Shown: positions 40,661-51,052, numbered from the stretch's first letter. The stretch: DNA of 55,124 bases from a virus (IMGVR_UViG_3300021138_000034:1-55124), one strand, 5' to 3'. Made by a program: numbers and translations. The notes: generated from the sequence alone by a model not told the origin.

Positions 40661-42621
40661 TTTGCATCCCCCCAGCGTTGGGCAGTAGTGATCTCTGCAA
40701 TCAGCGGAACCGTAATCTGTGGAAGGTCAATCTCCTCCATAGCCTTTCGGATAGCCGCTGCGGTCTCTTCGGCCAGATGGTCCGGTGTTAAGGTCACCAG
40801 CTCATCGTGAACCGTTAGGATCAATTTTGCTCCTTCTGGAATCAATTTGTGGGCTCTAATCATCGCAATCTTCATAATATCTGCAGCAGAGCCCTGAATC
40901 TTGGTGTTAAACACCTGGCGTTCCGCAGCTGCTTTAAACCCCCGGTCAGATGAAGTTAAATCCGGAAAATACCGACGTCGACCAAGCACAGTTGTGACAA
41001 AAGGTGTTTCGGTTTCAGGCTCGTTTTCCTTTAAGTTTTTAGCGATCGCAATCAAGCGCTTCTTATATGCGTAAACCGTTGGAAACTTGTCGGCAAAGGA
41101 ATCAAGAACCTCTTTTGCTTTGTCTATATCTACGCCCAAGCTTCGTGAAATCTTATCCGGCCCAACCCCGTAAGACATAGCCAAAACTAATACCTTTCCA
41201 GCCGATCGGTCTAATCCGACCGTGGAACCTAGCGTTGTGTAAATGTCTTCCTTATTCTCATAAGCTGAAATCATGGTTGGGTCTTTGGTCAATGAAGCAA
41301 TAATGCGAGGCTCAATCTGCGAGTAGTCCGCCACCACTAGTTTGTAACCTTCAGGTGCGCAGAACAAATTACGAATCTTCATCCCCCAGTCACTCTTAGA
41401 ATTAGGAACATTTTGAAGATTAGGGTTTCGACTTGAAAAACGCCCAGTCTCCGCACCGTGTTGTACAAAGTCTCCGTGAATGCGTCCATTGATAAGCAAA
41501 CTGTCTCGTTCCTCTACCTTGGTCTTTCCGTTAGTGGTGCGCTCAACGTTTCCGCCCAAGTACGGGGTTACATAAGTAGTCATAAGCTTGTTAAATTCTG
41601 CGTACTCCAGTAAAGCGTCTACCAACTCGTCGCCCTTGTACTCTTCCAAAGACTCTGAACTAACGGAGGCATTACCTGAAGCAGTCTTGGTCTTGGCTTT
41701 AAGTCCTCGACCGCCTTTAGAAACAGGACCAAACAGAAGCGCCTGTTTTTCTGCATTTGAGTTAATGTTGAACGGACGGCCAGTAATGGAAAAAATCTTA
41801 GCCTTGCACTGTTCAATCTTTGTCTCTAGTTCGATGCTTAATTCTGTCAAAGCTTCGATATCAATTGGCGCACCGGTAAGCTTCATGTCACACAAAACCT
41901 CTAGAACAGCCATTTCAAGATCCATAATGTTCCGTACCTTGTGGAACATAGGGTTGTTAATCAGCTTTTGATAAAGAAGCCAGGTGTACTTGGCGTCCAG
42001 ATAGCTGTACTTGTACACGTCATTAAACGAGTATTTCTCAACTTCTGCCCCAACGCCTTTAGCCATCTCGTAGCCAAATTCTCGCTTAAGGCAATCCTTT
42101 AAACCGCACTTGTTTTTATTTCGATTATCGTAAATAAAGGAAGCAATCATTGTGTCAAAATACGGTGCTGGTGGAACCTTGCCTCCGTAATACTTTGCTA
42201 AAGAAGTTAAATCAAAAATTAAATTATGGCCAACCGTTAAAATGTTGGTGTTAAAAAACAAAGGCTCAAGCTTCTTAAATACAAGACCGGGCAAAAGCTG
42301 TGCAGGTGGTCGTTCCCAAACAGGGGTGGCTTTGGAATCGTCTCTAGAATAATCAAGTGGACGGGCAGGAAGTCCTGCAGCTACGCGCTTCTCTCCCTGA
42401 CCTGTTAAGGGCCGGTCTAAGCGGATCAAGTCACCGTTTGGATGACCTAGTGGAATAACGTCAGTTCGGCCCTCAGTAGCCAAAGAAACCCAAAGAACCT
42501 CATTTACAGGAGTATCGCCTCGGCGGTCACCAACAGTCTCTAAGTCGTAGCAAAAAGCATCTTGCTTAAGGTAATAAGCCACCAACTCATCAAGCTGTTC
42601 TTCAGTCAATATCGCTGTCAT
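40657..42621 (-). CDS. polA: DNA polymerase, family A, with 3'-5' exonuclease
   Basis: DLET, HNLIFD, YSYLDA; TGRFSSRNPNLQN, ADYSQIE, K...L...YG, NTKIQGSAADIMK, VHDEL. Confidence 0.97.
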   Translation of the reverse strand: MTAILTEEQLDELVAYYLKQDAFCYDLETVGDRRGDTPVNEVLWVSLATEGRTDVIPLGHPNGDLIRLDRPLTGQGEKRVAAGLPARPLDYSRDDSKATPVWERPPAQLLPGLVFKKLEPLFFNTNILTVGHNLIFDLTSLAKYYGGKVPPAPYFDTMIASFIYDNRNKNKCGLKDCLKREFGYEMAKGVGAEVEKYSFNDVYKYSYLDAKYTWLLYQKLINNPMFHKVRNIMDLEMAVLEVLCDMKLTGAPIDIEALTELSIELETKIEQCKAKIFSITGRPFNINSNAEKQALLFGPVSKGGRGLKAKTKTASGNASVSSESLEEYKGDELVDALLEYAEFNKLMTTYVTPYLGGNVERTTNGKTKVEERDSLLINGRIHGDFVQHGAETGRFSSRNPNLQNVPNSKSDWGMKIRNLFCAPEGYKLVVADYSQIEPRIIASLTKDPTMISAYENKEDIYTTLGSTVGLDRSAGKVLVLAMSYGVGPDKISRSLGVDIDKAKEVLDSFADKFPTVYAYKKRLIAIAKNLKENEPETETPFVTTVLGRRRYFPDLTSSDRGFKAAAERQVFNTKIQGSAADIMKIAMIRAHKLIPEGAKLILTVHDELVTLTPDHLAEETAAAIRKAMEEIDLPQITVPLIAEITTAQRWGDAK

Positions 42622-42689
42622 GTTTCTCCAAATGCCAAAGGCGCCAGTATGGAATACATACTAACGCCTTTGACTGACAATGCAAAGTA

Positions 42690-43430
42690 TTATGAAATCT
42701 CTTTCACAATCTGCTGCAATGTTTCGAAGCTTGCAATACGGATAGCGGTCGTGTCATAAGGAGCAAACGCTTTAAGTTCGTTCTCTACTACCGCTGGATC
42801 AAGCTGCCATTCCTCTTGAAGGTCTGCTGGCTTTACGGACTGCATGAAGTAATTAGTGCTCTGCTTAGACCCTGTACGGGTAATAGACCAGTAATTCTTC
42901 TTAAGTGGACCTTGCTTGCCAGATTCAGCAGCAGCAATAATGTCAAAGAATCGGTTGCTAGCAACAATAATCTGTCGCTGGAATGGCACAGCACTCAAGT
43001 TAACAACTGTGAATGCGCGCTTCAATTCGGCCTTATCTGCCAATTCACGGCATAGTGGGCAGCGAGCGCCTAGACAAGTAAAGGAACGTTGACCTTCCTT
43101 GTTAAGCCAATGCTGACGATAAGTAGCGAATGGAATGGATTCATCGTTATCGATGAACTTAACGAGCTGAGCTTCTTCTGAAGCCTTAAACTCGACTGGG
43201 TAATCGCCCTTTACGGCGCTACCGGCTTTGGCTGCAGCCCAACCAGAGGAAATAATTCCTTCTGGGACTGCCATAGTTGTTACTGGACGAGCATCTACAT
43301 CAAAAGCTTCCGATCCGGCTGCTTCTGGTGTTGCTGATGCGAACTGACTTGCTGACGGTGCTGAATTTAGAGGAGTTACTTGAACTGCCTCATCGCGCTG
43401 AACGGCCATGTTTTCATTCTCCATTGTCAT
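42690..43430 (-). CDS. Probable single-stranded DNA-binding protein (gp32-like Zn module)
   Basis: QHW...FTC...CPLC pattern; upstream of polA. Confidence 0.65.
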   Translation of the reverse strand: MTMENENMAVQRDEAVQVTPLNSAPSASQFASATPEAAGSEAFDVDARPVTTMAVPEGIISSGWAAAKAGSAVKGDYPVEFKASEEAQLVKFIDNDESIPFATYRQHWLNKEGQRSFTCLGARCPLCRELADKAELKRAFTVVNLSAVPFQRQIIVASNRFFDIIAAAESGKQGPLKKNYWSITRTGSKQSTNYFMQSVKPADLQEEWQLDPAVVENELKAFAPYDTTAIRIASFETLQQIVKEIS

Positions 43431-43888
43431 TTCATTTCTTCTTGTTTAATACGCACCCACTCTTTAGTGATTGCGTCTGTTACATACTCGTTGACTGACC
43501 AATCTACCCGCTTAACGTGTAGAAGCTTAGCCTCCGAGAATATCCGCACAGCAGCCTCAATCATGGGGCGCGTGTACAGGCGTCTACCTTCTCGCTTTTT
43601 CCCATGCTTGTCAACTGTTGCGGGCATTCGGTATGGCGAAAGGGGCATGTTGCCCTCTTTCATCCAGTGTCGAATAGTAATTATTGGGCGATGCAAAGCT
43701 TTTGCTAACGCTCCGATTGTAAAAAACTCAAATTCTTTATTGCCGATTGGCTTTTTGTATGAAATAGAATCCCAACGCACTTCATCATCTTGGGCAGGGG
43801 TAACTTCCGCCTTTACTTCCCGGCGTTTCTTTTTGCTACCGGGATAGTAAAGATCGGCAAAAGTTTTGTCGATGAAGTCGTCGCTCAT
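43427..43888 (-). CDS. MerR-like HTH DNA-binding protein
   Basis: FTIGALAKAL.R...TIR.W...G..P...RRLYT. Confidence 0.8.
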   Translation of the reverse strand: MSDDFIDKTFADLYYPGSKKKRREVKAEVTPAQDDEVRWDSISYKKPIGNKEFEFFTIGALAKALHRPIITIRHWMKEGNMPLSPYRMPATVDKHGKKREGRRLYTRPMIEAAVRIFSEAKLLHVKRVDWSVNEYVTDAITKEWVRIKQEEMK

Positions 43889-44274
43889 ACGATTAGTGCG
43901 TATGTGACTTTCTTAGGGAACATAGAATCAAGATCAGCTTCGCTTAAGTCTCCACGATAATATGAAGCGCGAACGGCGTCTTGATCCAAGGTGGGCACCA
44001 TAACGATGCACTTGTCTTTTATACCGCGAGCTTCAAGAAGTGGCAAAGCAACTTCTTCGTCAAAGGCTTCGCTTTCGCGGCGTTGGTGTTTAATTTCAAT
44101 GTCCCCAAGATCGAGGATTAGGTGACCTGAAGCGTCAGGCTCTCCGTTGTCTTTAAGAGCCTGTACAAGAACCTTCTTAAGCTGTTCTTGACGCTCTTTA
44201 AGCATCTTTTCTTGCTCTTTAAGAGCTTTAAATTGTTTGGCTGTGTCTGCTAATTGGCTGAGGTCTGCTGTCAT
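43885..44274 (-). CDS. Hypothetical coiled-coil protein, leaderless
   Basis: ORF track; TAGTCT-N6-ATG. Confidence 0.75.
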   Translation of the reverse strand: MTADLSQLADTAKQFKALKEQEKMLKERQEQLKKVLVQALKDNGEPDASGHLILDLGDIEIKHQRRESEAFDEEVALPLLEARGIKDKCIVMVPTLDQDAVRASYYRGDLSEADLDSMFPKKVTYALIV

Positions 44275-44294
44275 AAGAACAGACTACTACATGA

Positions 44295-44444
44295 CTACTC
44301 GGCTTTGTCAAGATAGGCTTCAAGAGCCTGAATTATGACGCTAGTAACTGTCACTTTTTGCTTTGCAGCCTTTTTTTGAACAGCCAGCCACAGGTCATCA
44401 GCTACGCGGATAGTACGCGTAGGGGTCTTAGGTGCGTTAGGCAT
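44295..44444 (-). CDS. Ribbon-helix-helix DNA-binding protein (49 aa)
   Basis: MPNAPKTPTRTIRVADDLW..V..KA......T.VI..ALEAYL; TAGACT-N6-ATG. Confidence 0.8.
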   Translation of the reverse strand: MPNAPKTPTRTIRVADDLWLAVQKKAAKQKVTVTSVIIQALEAYLDKAE

Positions 44445-44486
44445 CCCTCAAGTCTAGGTTAGATATGCGCTTTTGGGTCCGTAAAA

Positions 44487-46076
44487 TCACACATATTTGG
44501 CCTCTAAGAACTTTTTTAGGCTTTCCAAGGTCAAAAGTAGCTCGCCCTCTTTATCAATGCCTTGCCCATCAATAACGGCAGCAGCGACTGAGTTTTTCTG
44601 CTGAAGCATGTCATTTTGGCGCATTTCAATGGAGTTGTAGACCAGGATGTCTTGAATGACAATAGAAGGCCATTTGGACGAAGCTCGCTTGATCCGGCCA
44701 TTGCGTTGAACAGCGCCTCCGGAAGTCCAAGGCAAATCGTAATTAACCAGCATGTTGGCTGCGGGTAGGTCTACCCCATACCCACCAGCATCAGAGCTCA
44801 CAAGTACTCGAATAGCTGGGTCAGTGTTAAGCGCTACTTTGTTCTCTTCTTTAGTTTTGGCGTCCAATTGCCCAGTATAAATTTTAGCCCCGTATTCATC
44901 TAAGGCTTCTCGCAGCTTGTCAACCATGCCAACGTAAGTAGAAAAAATAACAACTTTGTTTTCTTCAGCTTGGTCTAGAAAATCTTTAACGTAACGAATA
45001 GTTGCGTGGAACTTAGGAGCGTCTGTGACGTTGTCTAAGTACCCGTTGTCTACTAAGTGAGCAACGTACTCAGACCCCTCATCTTTAGTTTCATGGTGCT
45101 TTTTAGCGCTTAACTTAAGCAAGTCAGGGTGGGAACAAAGCATCTTTAAAGCGGTTACTTTAGACATGATTTTGCCACGATACTCGTCGGCTTCATCTCT
45201 AGACTTACCCTCGTGACCGTAGTGATTAAAAATGTTGAAGTTCGAGCCAAACTTAGTCATAGCGACCTCAAGCTCATCAAGAAGGTCTTTAACGATTTTC
45301 ATATACAAGTTGGCAGACTTACGATCGAGGACAATCTCCAGCGGTTCACGGTGAATGGTCGCAGGAAGATGCGGAGCTACATCGGGGTCTGTTTGAGCTT
45401 TTCGGACGAAATGGTCCTTCATAGTCTCGTGAAATGTGGGCAGGTTCTTGTAGCGCAACACGGAACCCCAGTTGTTTCTCACAATAAAGGTTTTATCAAA
45501 GATATCAAACCTACCAAGCACTCGTTCATTAACAAACTGCATAATCGAATACAGCTCTTCAGGCTTGCCATTTTCAATAGGTGTTCCAGTAAGGGCAAAT
45601 TTAAATGGGGAATCCGAAAGGCGTTTGACAGCACGAGCTCGTTTAGACCTAAAGGATTTGATCGCTGTGGCTTCGTCAAGGACAACAAATCCCCTAGGTA
45701 ACTTACTGACAAAGTTCCAGTCGTTGACGACCTGTTCGTAATTCATGATTACGTAATCCACACCAGAAGTCCACCAGTTCATAGCTTCTTCATACTGTTT
45801 AGCTCGTTTGGTGGGGGTTCCATCAATGACTAAAGCTTTTGAAGTACCGCTAGTAAATTTCTCAATGGCGCTCGCCCACTGGTATTTAAGGCTAGATAGG
45901 CAAATGATTAAGCCCGGCTCCATAATTTGACGCTGGTCCATTAACCGCTCAATGGCAGCAATAGTCAAAACCGTCTTGCCTAACCCAAGGTCGTAGGCAA
46001 CCAAAATGCGTCGGTCATCGCACATTTTGTCTACAGCCTCAGGCTGATAAGGAAGGAGGGTGCCGGTAAAAGTCAT
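44487..46076 (-). CDS. SNF2-family helicase
   Basis: DLGLGKT, DEAT, LTGTPIEN, GVDLPAA, QRNGRI. Confidence 0.93.
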   Translation of the reverse strand: MTFTGTLLPYQPEAVDKMCDDRRILVAYDLGLGKTVLTIAAIERLMDQRQIMEPGLIICLSSLKYQWASAIEKFTSGTSKALVIDGTPTKRAKQYEEAMNWWTSGVDYVIMNYEQVVNDWNFVSKLPRGFVVLDEATAIKSFRSKRARAVKRLSDSPFKFALTGTPIENGKPEELYSIMQFVNERVLGRFDIFDKTFIVRNNWGSVLRYKNLPTFHETMKDHFVRKAQTDPDVAPHLPATIHREPLEIVLDRKSANLYMKIVKDLLDELEVAMTKFGSNFNIFNHYGHEGKSRDEADEYRGKIMSKVTALKMLCSHPDLLKLSAKKHHETKDEGSEYVAHLVDNGYLDNVTDAPKFHATIRYVKDFLDQAEENKVVIFSTYVGMVDKLREALDEYGAKIYTGQLDAKTKEENKVALNTDPAIRVLVSSDAGGYGVDLPAANMLVNYDLPWTSGGAVQRNGRIKRASSKWPSIVIQDILVYNSIEMRQNDMLQQKNSVAAAVIDGQGIDKEGELLLTLESLKKFLEAKYV

Positions 46077-46079
46077 AGA

Positions 46080-46622
46080 TTAAACGTACATCATCATCCG
46101 GGCTTGTACCAAAGCCTGAAGGTCTTTTACGGACCCACTGTTGTAGAACACTTGGTCAAAATCCCAATTATCCATAGCGCTCTCTGATCCGTGAGCATTG
46201 ACTGGCACAAAGTCAGGTCGACGGACTCGCCAAACTACCCCGTTGTTTGCCTTAATCATCTGAGCTTCATTTGGGTAGCGAACATCAGCAATAACAATTC
46301 GGTCTGCGGAAGAGTGCTTAATACGATGTTCCATCTGGCGAATCCAAAATGTTGGGCCAAACATTTCTCGACCAACCTCTGCTCCCAAACGCTGAAGCAA
46401 ATGACGCGCTTCTGGGAATTCGTCTTTTGTCTCTTCCCATCCGTATTCGGCCACTAATTCCTTTAAACGAATTCCGCCTTGAATAATTGGATTAAGCTTT
46501 AATAAAGCTTCTTTTATGGGGTCAGCAAATGACATTTTCTTAAAATCGTGTTTAGCTACAAGCTGGTTAGCAATTGTGTCTTTACCTGAACGTGCGTAAC
46601 CTGATAGCCCAACGATTAGCAT
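46080..46622 (-). CDS. Deoxynucleoside monophosphate kinase
   Basis: GYARSGKDT, FADPIK, R.LLQ.LG.E.GR, DVRYPNE, H.SE. Confidence 0.92.
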   Translation of the reverse strand: MLIVGLSGYARSGKDTIANQLVAKHDFKKMSFADPIKEALLKLNPIIQGGIRLKELVAEYGWEETKDEFPEARHLLQRLGAEVGREMFGPTFWIRQMEHRIKHSSADRIVIADVRYPNEAQMIKANNGVVWRVRRPDFVPVNAHGSESAMDNWDFDQVFYNSGSVKDLQALVQARMMMYV

Positions 46623-47548
46623 TTAGCTGCCTCCATGTATTTTAGTTTGTTTATAGAGTTGTTAATACCGTATTCAATTTCAGCTTTACTCATACCGCCA
46701 ACATCCTTTTGATCGGTTTGGCTGTAATCAAAAAACCAACAGTTGAACCCTAGACGGTTTGATGCAAAATACAAAGATTTTGAGGAAGACTTTCCAGCGC
46801 TGTCGTTATCCATAGCAATAACAAGCTTGTCAGCGCCCCTGAGGATTTCAATCTGAGATTCGGATACGGAAGCACCAAAGGTAGCAACACCGCCCTCGAT
46901 GCCCACAGAAGCCAACCTGACCGCATCTAAAGGGGATTCAACAGCAATCATTTGACCGCCTTTGTACTGCTGGTATCCGAACAGGTGTACGGATTTCTTC
47001 ATGCCGGTTGGGTAGTTGTTAAAGAATCGATCGTAATATCCTTTTTCCTGCCACCCTTTTAGCTCATTAGTAATCGGGTCCCTGATAGGAATAATCCAAC
47101 GATTGTTAATTCGGTCCCAAAGAATTTGATACTTAACAACAGCGTCCAGAGTCAACCCTCGGGACTTTAAAGCTTCAAATGGAGGAATAACATAGGCAGC
47201 CAAACTTGCCTCTGTAATATTTAAAACATCTTTAAAAACTTGCTCTGGTCGTTTTTCAACATAACGACGCAATTGTTCTGCAAGTTCTTCGTTGGTGTCT
47301 CCTACCCATTCTTTTGACTTGTCATAGTCAAATCCGGTCACTTCCGAAATGAGCTTGTAGATACCTCCCTTAAAACCGCATGAGAAACAAATGTGTTGTC
47401 CAGTTTCCGTGTTGATCCACCACGACGGACTGTTATCTGGATGACCGGTACGGGCCTCGTGCCCAGGACACAGCGCCAGAACTTCGTCCTCTCGATCGCG
47501 GATAACTGTAATATTAAGTCGGTCGAGAACTCGTCGAACATCAATCAC
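46616..47548 (-). CDS. dnaG: DNA primase (CHC2 Zn finger plus TOPRIM)
   Basis: CP.H...D..PS...CFSCG; VESPLD, DNDSAG, KD.G. Confidence 0.92.
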   Translation of the reverse strand: MIDVRRVLDRLNITVIRDREDEVLALCPGHEARTGHPDNSPSWWINTETGQHICFSCGFKGGIYKLISEVTGFDYDKSKEWVGDTNEELAEQLRRYVEKRPEQVFKDVLNITEASLAAYVIPPFEALKSRGLTLDAVVKYQILWDRINNRWIIPIRDPITNELKGWQEKGYYDRFFNNYPTGMKKSVHLFGYQQYKGGQMIAVESPLDAVRLASVGIEGGVATFGASVSESQIEILRGADKLVIAMDNDSAGKSSSKSLYFASNRLGFNCWFFDYSQTDQKDVGGMSKAEIEYGINNSINKLKYMEAAKC

Positions 47549-48777
47549 AAATCCTCGCCTTCAGTGGTTTCTTTAAACAAGCCTTCATTCCAAAGCCAGG
47601 TCAGGCTAGCCTCTGTAGCACCGCTGTTACGAGCGCCAAGAACGCGAAGGGTACGAGTCGTATCATCCTCTTCATCATCCTTTTCAAGACCAAACACAAT
47701 GTCAGCATCTTGGAAGAACGATGAGGAGTAACCAATTGAATTAGCGGTCAGCTTTCCATTCTTCTTTTTCCAATCAAGCGCCTGAGTCGTAATAATTACT
47801 GGAATATCAAATTTCTGAGCCATACGCTTTAACCCACGAGTCAATCCAGTCAAAGCTTGAGGAGTGTTTGCTTCTCCCGTCTGCTCATCTACCATTAAGT
47901 ACATACCGTCAATAAATAGGATTTCAGGCTTATGCACTTGAACCTTGGCGATTACCTGAGAAAGGGTTACTCCAGAAGCGGAATCTGTAAACCAAAACTT
48001 AGGCTCGTTGTCCTTCATTCGATTTAAAATACCTCGGTACCGTCCCTCTTCTTCTTGAGTCAAAGTACCTGTCATCAAACGCTGATGGGAAACATGAGCG
48101 CGCATAGCATCGTAACGAAGCTGCTGCTCTTTATTACTCATCTCAAAAGAATAAAACATTGGGGTTACGCCCTCTGAACGGTGGATGTTCAGAGCCATCT
48201 GTAATGCTAGAGTCGATTTACCAGTTTTTGGCGTTGCGACAATAACAACCAGCTGTCCGTTTTGTAGTCCCATTGTTGAACGGTCGATTGTGTAAAAGCC
48301 AGTTGGGTATCCCAAGATTCCTGTCCCCTTTTCTTTACGCGATAAATAGTCGTTGTAACGTTGGTCCGGGTTATCGGTGATTTCAACATCGTTTGATTCA
48401 TTTAAGTGGTCCTCTTCAATTCGAACTAAGCTCTTTTGAATTACTTCCAAGGCAAGTTCGTGATCGTCCAACCCAATCGCTGATACCGAACCTTGTAACA
48501 TGACTTGTACATGCTCTTTGCGGCGTAAATCCCTAACAGCATCAATTAAATAATCGATAACATCTTCAGAAGGTGTTTCCTTGTATGTAGGAAAACTTTC
48601 TAACAAGATTTCGATGCTAGGAGATTCTGCGTATTTTGAATAGTGAGTTTGTAGGAAACTAAAAATTCGCTTGTCGTCTTCGGCTTTAAACCACTCGCCA
48701 TTAACTCCGCGCTCAAGAAGCAGACCAATATTTCGCTCAGCGATTGCTTTGCTGAGGAGCTGCTTCTCTTTGTTCAT
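47545..48777 (-). CDS. dnaB: DnaB-like replicative helicase
   Basis: ATPKTGKS, SFEMS, FIDG.YL, QDAD. Confidence 0.93.
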   Translation of the reverse strand: MNKEKQLLSKAIAERNIGLLLERGVNGEWFKAEDDKRIFSFLQTHYSKYAESPSIEILLESFPTYKETPSEDVIDYLIDAVRDLRRKEHVQVMLQGSVSAIGLDDHELALEVIQKSLVRIEEDHLNESNDVEITDNPDQRYNDYLSRKEKGTGILGYPTGFYTIDRSTMGLQNGQLVVIVATPKTGKSTLALQMALNIHRSEGVTPMFYSFEMSNKEQQLRYDAMRAHVSHQRLMTGTLTQEEEGRYRGILNRMKDNEPKFWFTDSASGVTLSQVIAKVQVHKPEILFIDGMYLMVDEQTGEANTPQALTGLTRGLKRMAQKFDIPVIITTQALDWKKKNGKLTANSIGYSSSFFQDADIVFGLEKDDEEDDTTRTLRVLGARNSGATEASLTWLWNEGLFKETTEGEDL

Positions 48778-49178
48778 AATTCGTTGAGGTTCCTTCCCCA
48801 GTGTCCGTATCGCAGTAGTCTAGTTGGATCATCAATAACCGCAAGTACTTCAGGTCTATACGGTAAGTCATGAACCAAGTGGTCGATTGAATCATAAGAT
48901 GTAAAGAAGTTAAAGGGGTTAGTTCCGGCTTTGTCTAAAGTCTCACCTAACTTTAGTAACTCTTCATCGTCCAAATTGAACGCCACTAATTCAAGGTTAT
49001 ACGGAACCTTCTGCGCAAGCAAATAGACACGCGACAACAATCCGCGATTAATCTCCATGTGCTTGTTCTCTTTAGTACGGAGTCGCTTCCTGTAGCTTGT
49101 TGTTGTAACTTTAATAAATAAATCTGTTGTAACTAAGATTCTTGGAGGAACCTCGTTACTGAGGTCTCCGTTTTTCAT
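48774..49178 (-). CDS. Hypothetical protein (134 aa)
   Basis: ORF track; coupled to neighbours. Confidence 0.75.
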   Translation of the reverse strand: MKNGDLSNEVPPRILVTTDLFIKVTTTSYRKRLRTKENKHMEINRGLLSRVYLLAQKVPYNLELVAFNLDDEELLKLGETLDKAGTNPFNFFTSYDSIDHLVHDLPYRPEVLAVIDDPTRLLRYGHWGRNLNEL

Positions 49179-49486
49179 TAGTACTCGATAATCTCGCCGA
49201 AGCGACTTACAAAAGTACGAAATGCTTCCGGAGAACTTTCAGCATGTTCTTTATCCGCTTCAGTAGCGTCAGACAAAACTCGCATTGGATAAGTTCCGCC
49301 GTTTTCTTCCATGCGGTTTTTTACCAATTTCACATGTTTACAAATACCACGCCCGCCAAAACCTGGGCAAGTGCAAAAGAGATTTCCGGTGTCCATGTCA
49401 GAGCTCACCTCATAAACCCCAGGGTTGCCACTATTGGACCCAAGGAAGAACTGTAGAACCCTTAAGTTCACTGCTGCTCCGCTCAT
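49178..49486 (-). CDS. SWIM zinc-finger protein
   Basis: YEV...CTCPGF..RG.CKH. Confidence 0.85.
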   Translation of the reverse strand: MSGAAVNLRVLQFFLGSNSGNPGVYEVSSDMDTGNLFCTCPGFGGRGICKHVKLVKNRMEENGGTYPMRVLSDATEADKEHAESSPEAFRTFVSRFGEIIEY

Positions 49487-50181
49487 CGACGTAAATCTCC
49501 CTTCTCCGATTTTAGCGTGATGTTGAGGAATGCTTCTTGGGCAAAGCTAGCAGAAGCCTCACCATATAAAGAACTCCAGTTAGAAGTAGCCACATTAGTG
49601 GTAATAATGGTTGGAAGACCCTTGTTGAAGCGATTTCGGATTAAATGATGAAATTCAGCTGCGTTAAACCCTGATCCGGAGTTATGCTCTTTGCCCATGT
49701 CATCGAGGACCAAAAGCCGAACATTCTGGGAATCAGAATCGGGCGGCAAATCGCCCATGATGCCGTGATAAAGGGTGTCCTGTATAGAACTGCTTTCGTT
49801 GCCAATCATCTCTCCACGGAGGCGTAGAAGCCCGCTGTAGCTGATGAAATAACAAGGGCGCACAATAGTCGAGTTCTCTTTAACGTCCCATTCAGCTAAC
49901 GAAAAAGTTTTCATGGCCTCTTGGAGAATGGCAACAGCAAATGTGGTCTTACCTTGTCCAGGAGCTCCGTCTAACGCCAAACCTAATCCGCAGTTAATGC
50001 TGCCCTCTTTGCGAATAACCTCTCCGCTCTTAACGAGGTCCAGCCAATCCTTAACCTGCTTTAAAGTCTTTTGAGGAACAGCAGTGCAATCGTCTAACTC
50101 CCAACCAAGTCGATTAGTTGGAATATTGGCTTTGCGAATCCACGCCTGACGACCTGTCTTCAAATCATCAAGCTTGAACAT
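49483..50181 (-). CDS. DnaC/IstB-like ATPase (helicase loader)
   Basis: GAPGQGKT, LLVLDDMGKE, R...GLPTIITTN. Confidence 0.9.
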   Translation of the reverse strand: MFKLDDLKTGRQAWIRKANIPTNRLGWELDDCTAVPQKTLKQVKDWLDLVKSGEVIRKEGSINCGLGLALDGAPGQGKTTFAVAILQEAMKTFSLAEWDVKENSTIVRPCYFISYSGLLRLRGEMIGNESSSIQDTLYHGIMGDLPPDSDSQNVRLLVLDDMGKEHNSGSGFNAAEFHHLIRNRFNKGLPTIITTNVATSNWSSLYGEASASFAQEAFLNITLKSEKGDLRR

Positions 50182-51052
50182 TTTTTAAAGCCTCCCTGAC
50201 CCTAGCCATCTTCTTATCCAAAAGCTCTTCGGCTTCTTCCTCTTGCACGGGCGATGCTACAGACAATCGCACAGTCTCCACAAGTACCGGAAAATTCTTG
50301 ACAAAAGTCAAACAAACGTGATCTGCCGTAGTAAATTCTTTAAGATTTACGCGACTTAAAAACAGCTCCATGGCTTTCACGGCAATCTCTCCGTCACTTT
50401 TGCCAATGTCATTAGCTCGAAAAGCGTTAGTCAACGCGCTAACAAAAACTTTTCGATTAACGGAATACCGCGGGAAACGCATACTGCTAACTAGGCGCTC
50501 TTCAAATTCGTAAGCCAAATCTGATCCACGCCATTCACGCTGCTCTTTGCTCCAACGACCGCCAAGTCGCTTTTTGTTGTTAGCTTCGCGCTCTTGCTTC
50601 CATTCGTTATCGCGAACCTCGGCAGCGCGTAACCGCGAGTCATCGGGCGTACCTTCCGAAAAGAATTCGTAACCCACGTAACTCTCCTTTTCCTCGGGAA
50701 AATTTTTTCCCGATTCTTTTTCTGCTATATAAGTTGTTAGTAAGTTGTTACTTACGTTCTTGCTATATAGCTCATACTGTGGAATAGAAGCCCCTAATGT
50801 CGGGGCCACGATATCCGGGGCCATGAAAAACCGCATGCCTTCAGGTGTGACGGCTTGACTCCTAAAAATCTTACCGTTTCCTTGAGACATGGTTTCTAGG
50901 CGAATGAATCCCTCAGTCCGCAGTTCCTTTAAAGCTGACTCGCACTTATTGCGTCCAGCACCCAGCCCAGCCTTAGACATGGCTTCGCCGCTTAACGAAA
51001 CCCCTTGAGTAAGGTGGGCATGGAGAATCCCACGGGCCAAGAAAGAAATCAC
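50168..51052 (-). CDS. Putative replication initiator (N-terminal wHTH)
   Basis: ARGIL...GR....ALKEL...GFI; directly upstream of the DnaC-like gene. Confidence 0.65.
   Translation of the reverse strand: MISFLARGILHAHLTQGVSLSGEAMSKAGLGAGRNKCESALKELRTEGFIRLETMSQGNGKIFRSQAVTPEGMRFFMAPDIVAPTLGASIPQYELYSKNVSNNLLTTYIAEKESGKNFPEEKESYVGYEFFSEGTPDDSRLRAAEVRDNEWKQEREANNKKRLGGRWSKEQREWRGSDLAYEFEERLVSSMRFPRYSVNRKVFVSALTNAFRANDIGKSDGEIAVKAMELFLSRVNLKEFTTADHVCLTFVKNFPVLVETVRLSVASPVQEEEAEELLDKKMARVREALKNVQA

Noticed and set aside
25690-48777. Inteins or introns in nrdJ, recA, polA, dnaB
   Set aside because: Proteins are of normal length with contiguous motifs and no intein splice signatures.
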